From a virus (lineage: Duplodnaviria > Caudoviricetes): a stretch of DNA of 27,136 nucleotides. Every line of letters begins with the position of its first letter. The stretch's first letter is position 1. This document shows, piece after piece, positions 1 through 7,553 of the stretch. The notes beneath the pieces were generated by a model. The model was not told where the DNA came from. It saw only the letters and a list, made by a program, of their open reading frames with translations, and ran no database searches. Location of the stretch: IMG/VR virus record IMGVR_UViG_3300042325_000422, positions 1-27,136 of that record, one strand, 5' to 3'. A program made the position numbers and the translations under genes.

Positions 1-1620
1 GCCATTGCTGCCGCAATCACCGCCGCAGTCTCGGCAGGCCATCGAACGGTTTATTTTCCGGCAGGAACGTGGAATATCAACGCTCCTATTGCGATCAACG
101 TCGCGCAACTCCGCTTTGTTGGAGAAGCTGGTGCCACCATCGTGCAAACGACAAGCAACCACGGTATCGAGCTATCAGGAACATATGGCGCGGCCCGGGA
201 TTTTTCGATTTCCGGCGTGAACATCACTGGCCCCGGATGGGAAATCGACAAATCAGGCATTATCTGGTCAAACGGAGGGACATACCTCGGAGACACTTTC
301 AACATTGAAAATTGCGGAATTGGTGAGTTTGGAAATGCTCTTAATCTAGGAAATGTCAACAAAGTCTATGCGAAGAATTTCAGCTCAGTGCGCTGCCGCG
401 TAGGGGTAAGAATGGCATCCACGCAAACGTGGATTTTTACTGACTGCCGAATCGTAGGCGGCAATGCGGCATTGGCGGACATGCCGACCTCGGCCTGCTT
501 TAACATCAGCGGTACGATGTTCAGTGGCGTGGTAGTTGGTGGCGAGTTCGGGGGGGCTAATATCGAACGCTTTGCGGATATGTCAGGCGGAATTCTCGAT
601 GTTTACTCCGCCAACCTAGAGGCCTTTCTTTCAAACCAAGTCATCAACTGCACCGGCACGGCAGCGAAACAAATCGGCCTAGTCAGCGTTCGATTGTCCT
701 ATGCGTTCAGCGGGACGAAGGCTTTAATATCTGCTCACTGCACAGGCAACGTCGGGATTCCGACTCTGAAGATTTCCGGCCTTCGGGATTTCTCTGGAGC
801 CGCTCAGGTTGAGCTGTGGGGTGAGGCGCTTCGCGGTCCGGAACTATCTGGCGAACCTGTGGCTGGGTCATTTGCTCTTACTCAAGGCGGCACCCCTCTA
901 ACGAATTCAGGTTTTCAGTTTTTGCCGGGAATGAGGCAAATCAGGGGAACTGGAAATTTACCTAATTCCGGTATTCAAATTTGGGAGCTGGCAGGTAACC
1001 AGACAAACGATACATTGCCGGATACGTGGGCGACGAATCCCGTGATGCGATACCTCAACCATCACACAGGAGCGGCGGCGAGAAGCTCACTATTGAATGA
1101 CATACTTTCGAAAGTTTTATTCGTCAGTTATAATGATTTCCCCACGGTTGGCACTACTGAAACGGACCTCATCCGCGACACTGACAACCACTCACCGTTT
1201 TCAGTCCGCTCGTCGGGTTTTTCAATACCGATTGGATCGTTTGTGACTTACGGCGAATCCGTTAAGGTAATCGCCCATGGAAAGTTTGCCGCTACTGACA
1301 ACAATAAGACCATTAAGGTGATCGTCAGCGGAACCGGAGGCGCTGGACTAACGCTTGATTTCGGCGCTGTAGTTGCCAGCGGTGAGGCGTGGACCGTGGA
1401 AATCGAAATGATCCGTGGATACGGCACCGGAAACGCTATCAAGGTTTTCGCCACACTACGAACATCGACAATCTCAAAGGTTTTGGAAGGGGTATCCACT
1501 AACAACGTGACTAGCGCGGTTTTGTTAAGACTCACCGGAACCGGCACAGACAACGGGGATATCATAGGTAGATCGGGAAAAGCGGTTTGGAATCGCTCAC
1601 CGAAAGCATCAAGTTTTTAA
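1..1620 (+). CDS. Tailspike / receptor-binding protein with pectate-lyase-like parallel beta-helix (5' truncated by window)
   Basis: Frame +1 is open from base 1 (AIAAAITAAVSAGHRTVYFPAGTWNI...), matching the 'AI..A...G..TVYFPAGTY' start of Pectate_lyase_3-type beta-helices. Rich in G/N/S/T beta-strand repeats. Lies directly before the lysis genes. Confidence 0.75.
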   Translation, partial: AIAAAITAAVSAGHRTVYFPAGTWNINAPIAINVAQLRFVGEAGATIVQTTSNHGIELSGTYGAARDFSISGVNITGPGWEIDKSGIIWSNGGTYLGDTFNIENCGIGEFGNALNLGNVNKVYAKNFSSVRCRVGVRMASTQTWIFTDCRIVGGNAALADMPTSACFNISGTMFSGVVVGGEFGGANIERFADMSGGILDVYSANLEAFLSNQVINCTGTAAKQIGLVSVRLSYAFSGTKALISAHCTGNVGIPTLKISGLRDFSGAAQVELWGEALRGPELSGEPVAGSFALTQGGTPLTNSGFQFLPGMRQIRGTGNLPNSGIQIWELAGNQTNDTLPDTWATNPVMRYLNHHTGAAARSSLLNDILSKVLFVSYNDFPTVGTTETDLIRDTDNHSPFSVRSSGFSIPIGSFVTYGESVKVIAHGKFAATDNNKTIKVIVSGTGGAGLTLDFGAVVASGEAWTVEIEMIRGYGTGNAIKVFATLRTSTISKVLEGVSTNNVTSAVLLRLTGTGTDNGDIIGRSGKAVWNRSPKASSF

Positions 1621-1630
1621 CGGAAAGCCC

Positions 1631-1699
1631 ATGAAAACCATTATCCTCATCCCGGTCTATCTCTATTGCCTCGCAGCATCCGCTCCCACCCACCCATGA
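1631..1699 (+). CDS. Micro-ORF, 22 aa hydrophobic peptide (MKTIILIPVYLYCLAASAPTHP)
   Basis: ATG at 1631; its TGA overlaps the next ATG (ATGA at 1696-1699). Confidence 0.35.
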   Translation: MKTIILIPVYLYCLAASAPTHP

Positions 1700-1812
1700 C
1701 CCTCACCGCACAACTCACCGCCGCCGCCGTCGTCCCCTCTCTGCCATCGCTGGCGGTCACGCTCACGCTCATCGAGCTGGCCTTTACAAAATCACCCACC
1801 ACCACCCCATGA
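1696..1812 (+). CDS. Micro-ORF, 38 aa hydrophobic peptide (MTLTAQLTAAAVVPSLPSLAVTLTLIELAFTKSPTTTP)
   Basis: ATGA overlaps at both ends (1696-1699 and 1809-1812). Confidence 0.4.
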   Translation: MTLTAQLTAAAVVPSLPSLAVTLTLIELAFTKSPTTTP

Positions 1813-2009
1813 CAATCCCGACCGAATGGATCCTGATGGTCCTCATCGCCCTCGCAACCGCCATCTCGACGCTGGCGGCAATCATCTACCGCTCGCTCGC
1901 CACCGAGATTGCCAACCTCCGCAGCATCGTCTCAAAACTCCAGGACGACGTGGACCGACTCAGTAAAGGCTGCGGGCTCGGACAATGCCTCTACAAAAAC
2001 CGCCAATGA
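1809..2009 (+). CDS. Membrane protein, 1 TM plus coiled coil (holin/antiholin or i-spanin-like)
   Basis: N-terminal hydrophobic helix WILMVLIALATAISTLAAIIY, then a heptad-like segment and a Cys pair; located in the lysis cluster. Confidence 0.6.
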   Translation: MTIPTEWILMVLIALATAISTLAAIIYRSLATEIANLRSIVSKLQDDVDRLSKGCGLGQCLYKNRQ

Positions 2010-2173
2010 ACACCACCATCCTCGGACTGCTTGCAGCCGTCGCAGCCACCATCCAATCCACCCTACAGCAAGGCCACATGCTCACCGACTGGAAAACATG
2101 GATCCTCCCCGCCGCGCTCGCCGCTTTGGGCTACCTCGCCAACGACTCAAAACCACCGACATCACAGCCATGA
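2006..2173 (+). CDS. Putative holin (55 aa, two hydrophobic segments)
   Basis: MNTTILGLLAAVAATI...WKTWILPAALAALGYLAND; ATGA-coupled; upstream of the endolysin. Confidence 0.6.
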   Translation: MNTTILGLLAAVAATIQSTLQQGHMLTDWKTWILPAALAALGYLANDSKPPTSQP

Positions 2174-2322
2174 AAACCATCGCCATCACCATCATCGCCG
2201 TCTGCCTCACCTCGTGCGCCGGGGTCAATCTCTCTGCGATCACTCCATGGGGAGACGTGCAATCTATCGACGGCGCAACCGTCATCACCGCCAAACCCGT
2301 CGTCATTCCGTCGCGTAAATGA
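2170..2322 (+). CDS. Small lipoprotein (o-spanin-like)
   Basis: MKTIAITIIAVCLTS-C is a signal peptide II with lipobox LTSC; ATGA overlaps at both ends. Confidence 0.6.
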   Translation: MKTIAITIIAVCLTSCAGVNLSAITPWGDVQSIDGATVITAKPVVIPSRK

Positions 2323-2864
2323 TCATCATCCTCGACCCCGGCCATGGACTCAGCAACCGCAGGGCTGGCGTTTACGACCCAGGTGCATGCGCTGAGGAGC
2401 ATTGCGAGGCGACGATTGCGATGGCATGGGCTAACGAGCTACGGGGCATCCTGCTCGCCGCTGGTCATCGTGTCGTAAGAACGAGGGTCGATCACAAGGA
2501 CCCCGCGCCTGTCGGGCAACGCGCAGCCATCGCCCGGCAATACCGCGGGGATATCATGCTTTCGATCCACTGCAACGCCGCCAACGGCACAGCCAACGGC
2601 ACCGAGACGTTTTACTGGGGGGCGGAAAACAAAGCCAAGGCAGCAAGGCTCAACCTCGCGGTGGTCAACTCGCTGCGAACACTTAGCCGGGGGATCAAAG
2701 TCGAAAGCGCCAGCCAGCATGCCCGCCTCGCAGTGATGTCATTTCAGCCGTGCTTTTTGCTTGAGCTTGGATTTATCGACAACGCCAGCGACCGCGCCAA
2801 GATGCTTGATCCTGATCTGCGGCGGCTGGCGTGTGATGCACTGGCTAAGGTTTTGATTGGCTAA
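2319..2864 (+). CDS. Endolysin, N-acetylmuramoyl-L-alanine amidase (Amidase_3)
   Basis: Motifs LDPGHG, E, SIHCNA, GTETFY and LLELGFIDN carry the Zn-binding/catalytic H, E, H, E residues. Confidence 0.93.
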   Translation: MIIILDPGHGLSNRRAGVYDPGACAEEHCEATIAMAWANELRGILLAAGHRVVRTRVDHKDPAPVGQRAAIARQYRGDIMLSIHCNAANGTANGTETFYWGAENKAKAARLNLAVVNSLRTLSRGIKVESASQHARLAVMSFQPCFLLELGFIDNASDRAKMLDPDLRRLACDALAKVLIG

Positions 2865-3096
2865 CTGGCCGATACCCCTTCGGCATCGCCAGCCGTTCAT
2901 TCATTCGCGCCCGGTCGGACTCACGGATGATCAAGCCGACCGTTTTCGGCTTCTTGTCTTTGTCTGGGACCGTGGCGACCCCAAACGGAACCTTGACCAT
3001 CTTCGCGTATCGCTGGAGGCAATTACCTAGCAGGAGATACATCCCGGCGGGAACAGGATGCTTACTGATATCAATGTCGGGGTTGCGGTCGTTCAT
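2845..3096 (-). CDS. Hypothetical protein (last gene of leftward operon)
   Basis: 83 aa ORF, ATGA-coupled to 3093..3464, convergent with the amidase. Confidence 0.65.
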   Translation of the reverse strand: MNDRNPDIDISKHPVPAGMYLLLGNCLQRYAKMVKVPFGVATVPDKDKKPKTVGLIIRESDRARMNERLAMPKGYRPVSQSKP

Positions 3097-3464
3097 GGTT
3101 TTGGGGCGGTTAGTGGTGCGGATGCGTCCACATTAGCGTTCGGCAGAGAAGGAAGAGGCATCCAGCGTTTCAGCGATCCGCGTTTTTCGGTGTCCGTTTC
3201 GATCCATGAGTTCGTTGGTCCATCTACCATTGGACTAGCTTGGAGCGTGGCGATGCACCATTGCTCGTCGTATTCGTCCCACAGCGCAAAATTTGCCCAT
3301 GGCCATCCGAAGTCGCCAAGGATGGGCGTTCCATCCAGCGGGGCGGTTTCCGGCGGCAACCAACCAGCCGTGGGAGCCAACCGATCAGCAGCTTTCTCTT
3401 TCGCAGGGCAGTAGTGGACTGACATACTGAGGATGTCTTCGTTGCATTTAGGGCAGTTCATCAT
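3093..3464 (-). CDS. DUF551-like phage protein with N-terminal CxxC
   Basis: W-x-P-x-ETAP-x-DG ... WMPLP signature; ATGA overlaps at both ends. Confidence 0.75.
   Translation of the reverse strand: MMNCPKCNEDILSMSVHYCPAKEKAADRLAPTAGWLPPETAPLDGTPILGDFGWPWANFALWDEYDEQWCIATLQASPMVDGPTNSWIETDTEKRGSLKRWMPLPSLPNANVDASAPLTAPKP
3125..3144 (+). repeat. Orphan attC-like right arm (L' CGTCCAC, 6 nt spacer, R' GTTCGGC)
   Basis: Same apparent geometry and reading frame (P-N-A on the minus strand) as the right arms of the two complete sites; no matching left arm found. Confidence 0.4.
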
Positions 3465-3506
3465 TGGCTTTTTCTTTCACTCGGTGGCTCCACATCGGCG
3501 TTCTCC
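3358..3506 (+). mobile_element. attC-like recombination site B
   Basis: AAC 3362-3364, 5 nt spacer, L'' GTG[G]GAGC 3370-3377, then CA[A]CCGA. This pairs with TCGGTG plus L' GCTCCAC 3487-3493, followed by a 6 nt spacer and R' GTTCTCC 3500-3506. Two unpaired bases sit at the canonical extrahelical positions. Confidence 0.75.
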
Positions 3507-3787
3507 CAATTAAAATGGATGCAATCAGGATGACCTCCCGCCAATTTTAGGAAAGATGTCCGAATGTGTTCTGCGGATATTCTGGCCGCGTCTCGCTGGC
3601 GCTCCATCTCGCGGGCGTGCTCCGTCATGTCGATTATAGCCGTGGAGATTCCAGCCACATCATTCCGTTTTGCATCTGTTTCTGGCGTATCGGAAACAGA
3701 AGGAGAACAAGACGCATCATCCAACGATGACTCGCCTGTTGTTTGTTGATCGCCTTCCGGCTCCGTCGATTGATTGTTGGTTTTCAT
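3461..3787 (-). CDS. Hypothetical coiled-coil protein ('TPETDA...HAR..ER' type), cassette-borne
   Basis: Likely start MKTNNQ at 3787 after an A/C-rich leader; paralogous to 3801..4001. Confidence 0.7.
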   Translation of the reverse strand: MKTNNQSTEPEGDQQTTGESSLDDASCSPSVSDTPETDAKRNDVAGISTAIIDMTEHAREMERQRDAARISAEHIRTSFLKLAGGHPDCIHFNWENADVEPPSERKSQ

Positions 3788-3834
3788 GGATTTGTTGTGG
3801 TTATCCGTCATCGCGGATGTGCTCTGCGTTCTCC
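3702..3834 (+). mobile_element. attC-like recombination site C
   Basis: R'' GGAGAAC 3702-3708, 5 nt spacer, L'' GCA[T]CATC 3714-3721, then CA[A]CGATGAC. This pairs with GTCATCGCG plus L' GATGTGC 3816-3822, followed by a 5 nt spacer and R' GTTCTCC 3828-3834. Confidence 0.75.
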
Positions 3835-4001
3835 CAAGGGAAAAATAGTCTAGCGGGTGATCCATTTTCGATCTGGTTCCGCATGTCACGCGCCATTGCA
3901 CGCGCCTCATCCCGCTCGCGCTCAAGTTTGCGGGCGTGTTCCATCAAATTTGGGCGGTGATTGTATTCGTAAAGAGCATCCGTTTCGGGGGTGGGGTTCA
4001 T
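3801..4001 (-). CDS. Hypothetical coiled-coil protein ('TPETDA...HARKLERERDEAR')
   Basis: Start MNPTPETDA at 4001 via ATGA overlap; 66 aa. Confidence 0.7.
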   Translation of the reverse strand: MNPTPETDALYEYNHRPNLMEHARKLERERDEARAMARDMRNQIENGSPARLFFPWENAEHIRDDG

Positions 4002-4375
4002 GGTTCTGGTTGTTGCGATTGGGGTTGATATTCTTCCGGCGCACCGGGGATTCGCCGCATTTTCAGCCGCCTCTTTTCTCGCTCCGGTAGCCATGACGGC
4101 ACCAGCATCTCACCGAGCAGTATCCGTTTTTTACCGTGCGACGGAGTGGAATGAACGACGATTTCAGTGTCCGTCGTCACAGTCTGCCGACGCCTGACGA
4201 TTTTCCAGCAGATCGTAAGCCCTCGCCACATCGGGAAGTTCTCGCGGATTATCAGGTTGAATTTCCGCTCGGCCTGTTTGGGCAACGCGAAGCCCTCTGG
4301 GTAAACGTCATGCCATGCGCCTCCGCTGATAGATGCTTGGACGTGGTATCGGATTGTTGTTTTTGATTTGTTCAT
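3998..4375 (-). CDS. Hypothetical protein
   Basis: 125 aa ORF with ATGA overlaps at both ends. Confidence 0.6.
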   Translation of the reverse strand: MNKSKTTIRYHVQASISGGAWHDVYPEGFALPKQAERKFNLIIRENFPMWRGLTICWKIVRRRQTVTTDTEIVVHSTPSHGKKRILLGEMLVPSWLPEREKRRLKMRRIPGAPEEYQPQSQQPEP

Positions 4376-4827
4376 GGTTTTGGTTGGTTGGTAATGCGGC
4401 GTCCATACTCAGCAATCAGCAAAGCATCCGCCGTTGCATGCGTGATCTTCATCGTCGGGAACAATTCCTGCGCCCGCCGTTTTGATACGTTCTTGTCGCC
4501 CCCGGTTAGGCATCCCAGCGACTTCTGCCACACCTGCGGGCGGATGCGCTCAAACGGGATGCCAGCGGCTGTCAGTGCCATTTCGAGATGCCCGAATCCG
4601 TTGCCGAATGTGAAGGCCGATGTCACGCCCATTTGTGGGCTTGAGTGAACTTGCTCGATATATGCTTTGCATGGCGTGTATCCGTGGTTTGAGGTTAGCC
4701 CGCAGATACCACCGATCAATTCCCACAGGTCTTGCAACGTGTCAGGCATCTTTTCGACGCATGCCCTACCATCGGTGATCCATGCGACCGCGCCGTTTTT
4801 GCCGGGGTCGATTCCGATTGTTGTCAT
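4372..4827 (-). CDS. RuvC-like Holliday junction resolvase
   Basis: IGIDPG, IEQV, PQVWQK and ADALLIA acidic RNase H-fold motifs. Confidence 0.85.
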   Translation of the reverse strand: MTTIGIDPGKNGAVAWITDGRACVEKMPDTLQDLWELIGGICGLTSNHGYTPCKAYIEQVHSSPQMGVTSAFTFGNGFGHLEMALTAAGIPFERIRPQVWQKSLGCLTGGDKNVSKRRAQELFPTMKITHATADALLIAEYGRRITNQPKP

Positions 4828-5021
4828 AATGGATGGCCTTCCTCGATTAGAAATTCACATTCAAAAACGATGATAATCGGCGGCGCGATCATCACGACAC
4901 GCTCGCCACGCGGAGCAATCCGGCGCAGGCAATGCTCGCATCCTTCGCGCCAGCCGCTATGCTCGCCGTCCTCGTGCCAGTCGCCGTCACACCGGGCGGT
5001 ATCGTTTGGGAGGGTTGTCAT
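4824..5021 (-). CDS. Small Cys-rich hypothetical protein
   Basis: LPNDTARCDG...CEHCLR...C; ATGA-coupled. Confidence 0.7.
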   Translation of the reverse strand: MTTLPNDTARCDGDWHEDGEHSGWREGCEHCLRRIAPRGERVVMIAPPIIIVFECEFLIEEGHPL

Positions 5022-5797
5022 GCTGCACCTCCAAACTCAGCTTGCCACATCGACGCCAGCTTCGCTTTCATCTTAGCTTTCTCCGCGACGAGGACTTTCA
5101 AGCCAGCTTCAAGCCTCTCGGTTAGCTCGCTCCGGTGGACATCCAGCAACAGCGAGGGTTGACCAGGGCAGAAGCTCAGGAAATCCCAGCGGTCAAGCCC
5201 GGTAACAGCCATGCAGGCGTGAACCTGCAACTCGTGGATACTCGGAAGAACCCCGTCGTCCAACCAGGCAAGGTGTGTCTCAGGCATGGGGCATTTGATT
5301 TCGAGCCCGTGGGTGTCGCTAATCAAGCCATCCGGCGAACACCCAAAGCCCCCAAAATCGCTTTCGATGAACCCAATCTCGGTGACGGCAAACCCCGTGC
5401 GTTGCTGATAGTATTCCCTCGCGTGAGGTTCCAATGCGTTACCACGTTGCACCGGGATGTTGTATTCAAACGCCTTTTCAGACTTCGCATCCATCTCGGT
5501 TTGCCAAGCGTCTTTCAGGTTGTTTTGCACGATTTTCTTGATGATCGCGGTGCGTGCGCCTTCGGTGAGTTGATGGTAGGCTTCAGGGTTACTGAGGAGT
5601 GCGATCAACTCATCACGCTTTGATGATACCTTAAAATACACCTGCCGATGTGTCAGAATTTCTTTTAGCTTTTCGACGGTCAGGCTGATTTTCACAGGCT
5701 CCAGCGCAAACGGGCCAAGCTCGGAAGCAGTGAAGCATCGACGGCGCAGGTCTAGCCATTCGGGTGTTCCTTGGGTAATTTCGGGGTATAGTTTCAT
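5018..5797 (-). CDS. YqaJ / lambda-exonuclease family recombination nuclease
   Basis: QGTPEWLDLRR...TAS, RGNALEP.AR, GCSPDG, LEIKCP and Q motifs; start at 5797 by ATGA overlap. Confidence 0.92.
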   Translation of the reverse strand: MKLYPEITQGTPEWLDLRRRCFTASELGPFALEPVKISLTVEKLKEILTHRQVYFKVSSKRDELIALLSNPEAYHQLTEGARTAIIKKIVQNNLKDAWQTEMDAKSEKAFEYNIPVQRGNALEPHAREYYQQRTGFAVTEIGFIESDFGGFGCSPDGLISDTHGLEIKCPMPETHLAWLDDGVLPSIHELQVHACMAVTGLDRWDFLSFCPGQPSLLLDVHRSELTERLEAGLKVLVAEKAKMKAKLASMWQAEFGGAA

Positions 5798-6012
5798 GCG
5801 TTTTCCTTCCATTCGATTATGTTGAGAGTTTCACTGAGCTTGATGCTGCATTTTGATCCGTCGTGGGACGTGCCATCAGGTGAGTCAACGCCTTGGCACC
5901 ATACGCAATCAAGGTCAGCGTCGATGACCCTGTATGATGGCCAGTCTGCGCCTTCGTTAAATGCTGCGGTGGTCCAGAATACTATGATCCGTTTTCCGAT
6001 TAATGATTTCAT
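5794..6012 (-). CDS. Hypothetical protein
   Basis: 72 aa ORF with ATGA overlaps at both ends. Confidence 0.65.
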   Translation of the reverse strand: MKSLIGKRIIVFWTTAAFNEGADWPSYRVIDADLDCVWCQGVDSPDGTSHDGSKCSIKLSETLNIIEWKENA

Positions 6013-6224
6013 CCCTCCCCCTTTCTATCGCGGGCGGATAGCATGGCGTCGGCCATCTGATATGACCTTTCAGCAATAATGCTCACCGGGATTCCGTATG
6101 TGCGGTCGAGCATGCCGGCCAACGCCTGTCCAGCGAACCAATCCCGCAGGGTCATCCCGGGATCGTTTCGTGTGCCGTTTAGAGTCGGGAAAGCTGGCCC
6201 GCCGTCGTTTGTATTTGTGTTCAT
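6009..6224 (-). CDS. Conserved small phage protein (GGPAFP...GMTLRDWFAGQA...ADAML)
   Basis: Recognisable widespread phage motif; function unknown. Confidence 0.8.
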   Translation of the reverse strand: MNTNTNDGGPAFPTLNGTRNDPGMTLRDWFAGQALAGMLDRTYGIPVSIIAERSYQMADAMLSARDRKGEG

Positions 6225-6234
6225 ATTTTCGTAA

Positions 6235-6257
6235 ACCGGAGGGGTCGGACCTCCGGT
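6235..6257 (-). terminator. Hairpin after recT (8 bp stem, 7 nt T-loop-like loop); weak terminator or processing site
   Basis: Minus strand reads ACCGGAGG-TCCGACC-CCTCCGGT, followed by TTAC. Confidence 0.45.
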
Positions 6258-6264
6258 GAGTGGG

Positions 6265-7287
6265 TTAGGCTTTAAAATCTCCGGTCAGGATCGCCAGGCG
6301 GTTATCATGAGCCATCCGCAGCACCTCAATCGGCGCTTCGTACAACGGCACATCGCCGGCCACGACCCCCGCTTTTTTCGCCCGCCCGCCGAAGGTGGCA
6401 AACGTGGCTTCTTGCTCGTGGCATGTCGCTTTGATGTCGGCCACCAACTGCGCCCGCTCCGTGGCCTCTGACACCTCCAACGGCGATTCAGGGACAACCT
6501 CCAGCGATTGCTCCGGGGCGATCTCTGGCAGGGCTTCAGGCTCAACGTAGGGGTTGATTCGCGGGGCATCGTTGACGACGCGCCCGGTGGTCACGCGGGG
6601 CGTTTCATCATAAGTCTCCCCATCCTTTTCCAGCGCGTCCCGAATCTCTGGCGAGAGTTGCAGCCATTTCGAGCAACGCCGGAACACCGTCTTCTTTGCC
6701 ATCTCGTCAAAGTCCGTTAGCCATGGATGGGATTTGCCGTATTGGATCGCGGATTTGTAGCCTTGGCTACGGTTGCGGATGGCTTCGATTTCATCCATGC
6801 CCATCACCTCAGACTTCTCAGTGCCGTCCTTGAACTTGACGAGTGCATAGTAGGCGTAAGCGTCACCACGCGGCTGTTTGAAGTCGATTTTGTGGCGCTT
6901 CACATCGCCGCAGTCGTATTCAAACTCGTCATTTGCGCACACCTTATCGGCATGGATACGCGAAACCATACCTGAGCGCATGACAAGTTCCACGATGCCC
7001 TTGTAATCCACAACGAGCGTGCATTCCTTGCCGTAGGGAATTAGGTGGGCGCGGCGTCCGTCAGGCTCAAGACCCATTGCGGAAAGATCCAGTAGGCAGC
7101 GCATGAATGACTCTGGAGTGCAGTCCTGGAGCTTCGGTGTGCGAGTCAGGGCGGTCAAACAGACACGGGTGAATCGGTCGGAGGTGAGATGCTTCGGCAA
7201 CGCGAGCGCAAACTGCGCCCGCATTGCATCGGAGTTGATTAGGGATTTGAGCCCCTGCGGTTTCTTGTCGGTGATTTGTGTGTTCAT
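6265..7287 (-). CDS. recT: RecT family single-strand annealing protein
   Basis: ALPKHL..DRF.R, GLEP, AHLIPY, DYKG.VEL..RSG, PW.TDF.EMAKKTV.RR..KWL; near the YqaJ gene; start MNTQIT at 7287. Confidence 0.95.
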   Translation of the reverse strand: MNTQITDKKPQGLKSLINSDAMRAQFALALPKHLTSDRFTRVCLTALTRTPKLQDCTPESFMRCLLDLSAMGLEPDGRRAHLIPYGKECTLVVDYKGIVELVMRSGMVSRIHADKVCANDEFEYDCGDVKRHKIDFKQPRGDAYAYYALVKFKDGTEKSEVMGMDEIEAIRNRSQGYKSAIQYGKSHPWLTDFDEMAKKTVFRRCSKWLQLSPEIRDALEKDGETYDETPRVTTGRVVNDAPRINPYVEPEALPEIAPEQSLEVVPESPLEVSEATERAQLVADIKATCHEQEATFATFGGRAKKAGVVAGDVPLYEAPIEVLRMAHDNRLAILTGDFKA

Positions 7288-7295
7288 ATTTTTGA

Positions 7296-7553
7296 TTAGT
7301 CTAGGATTTCGCGGACTCGGATGGACTCGCGCATCAGCATGTCGCTGTTGGTTGTAAGCACACCCTTCGGGGTGACCCACATGTCCCACTCCCTCGGCTC
7401 GGGCTTGATACGGTAGCTTTCTGGGTAATTACTAAATGCGATTGCATTACCCGGAAGATCAACCCACCCGTCGCAGGTTTTGTTTTGGATCGTCTTCCCA
7501 TCCGCTAACGCCTGCACCAGCGGCAGGAAATCTTTTGCGTTCGTGGCGGTCAT
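7296..7553 (-). CDS. Conserved hypothetical phage protein
   Basis: QA.ADGKTIQ...W...YRIKPEPREW motif common in phage early regions. Confidence 0.75.
   Translation of the reverse strand: MTATNAKDFLPLVQALADGKTIQNKTCDGWVDLPGNAIAFSNYPESYRIKPEPREWDMWVTPKGVLTTNSDMLMRESIRVREILD

Noticed and set aside
3048-3070. GGGAAC-AGGAT-GCTTACTG as the left arm for the 3125-3144 half site
   Set aside because: The putative L'' does not pair with L' CGTCCAC, and its frame differs from sites B and C.
4137-4240. Hairpin CGACGGA/TCCGTCG and AAC...GTTCTC within the 3998..4375 gene as a further attC site
   Set aside because: The L boxes do not pair at attC spacing; probably chance.
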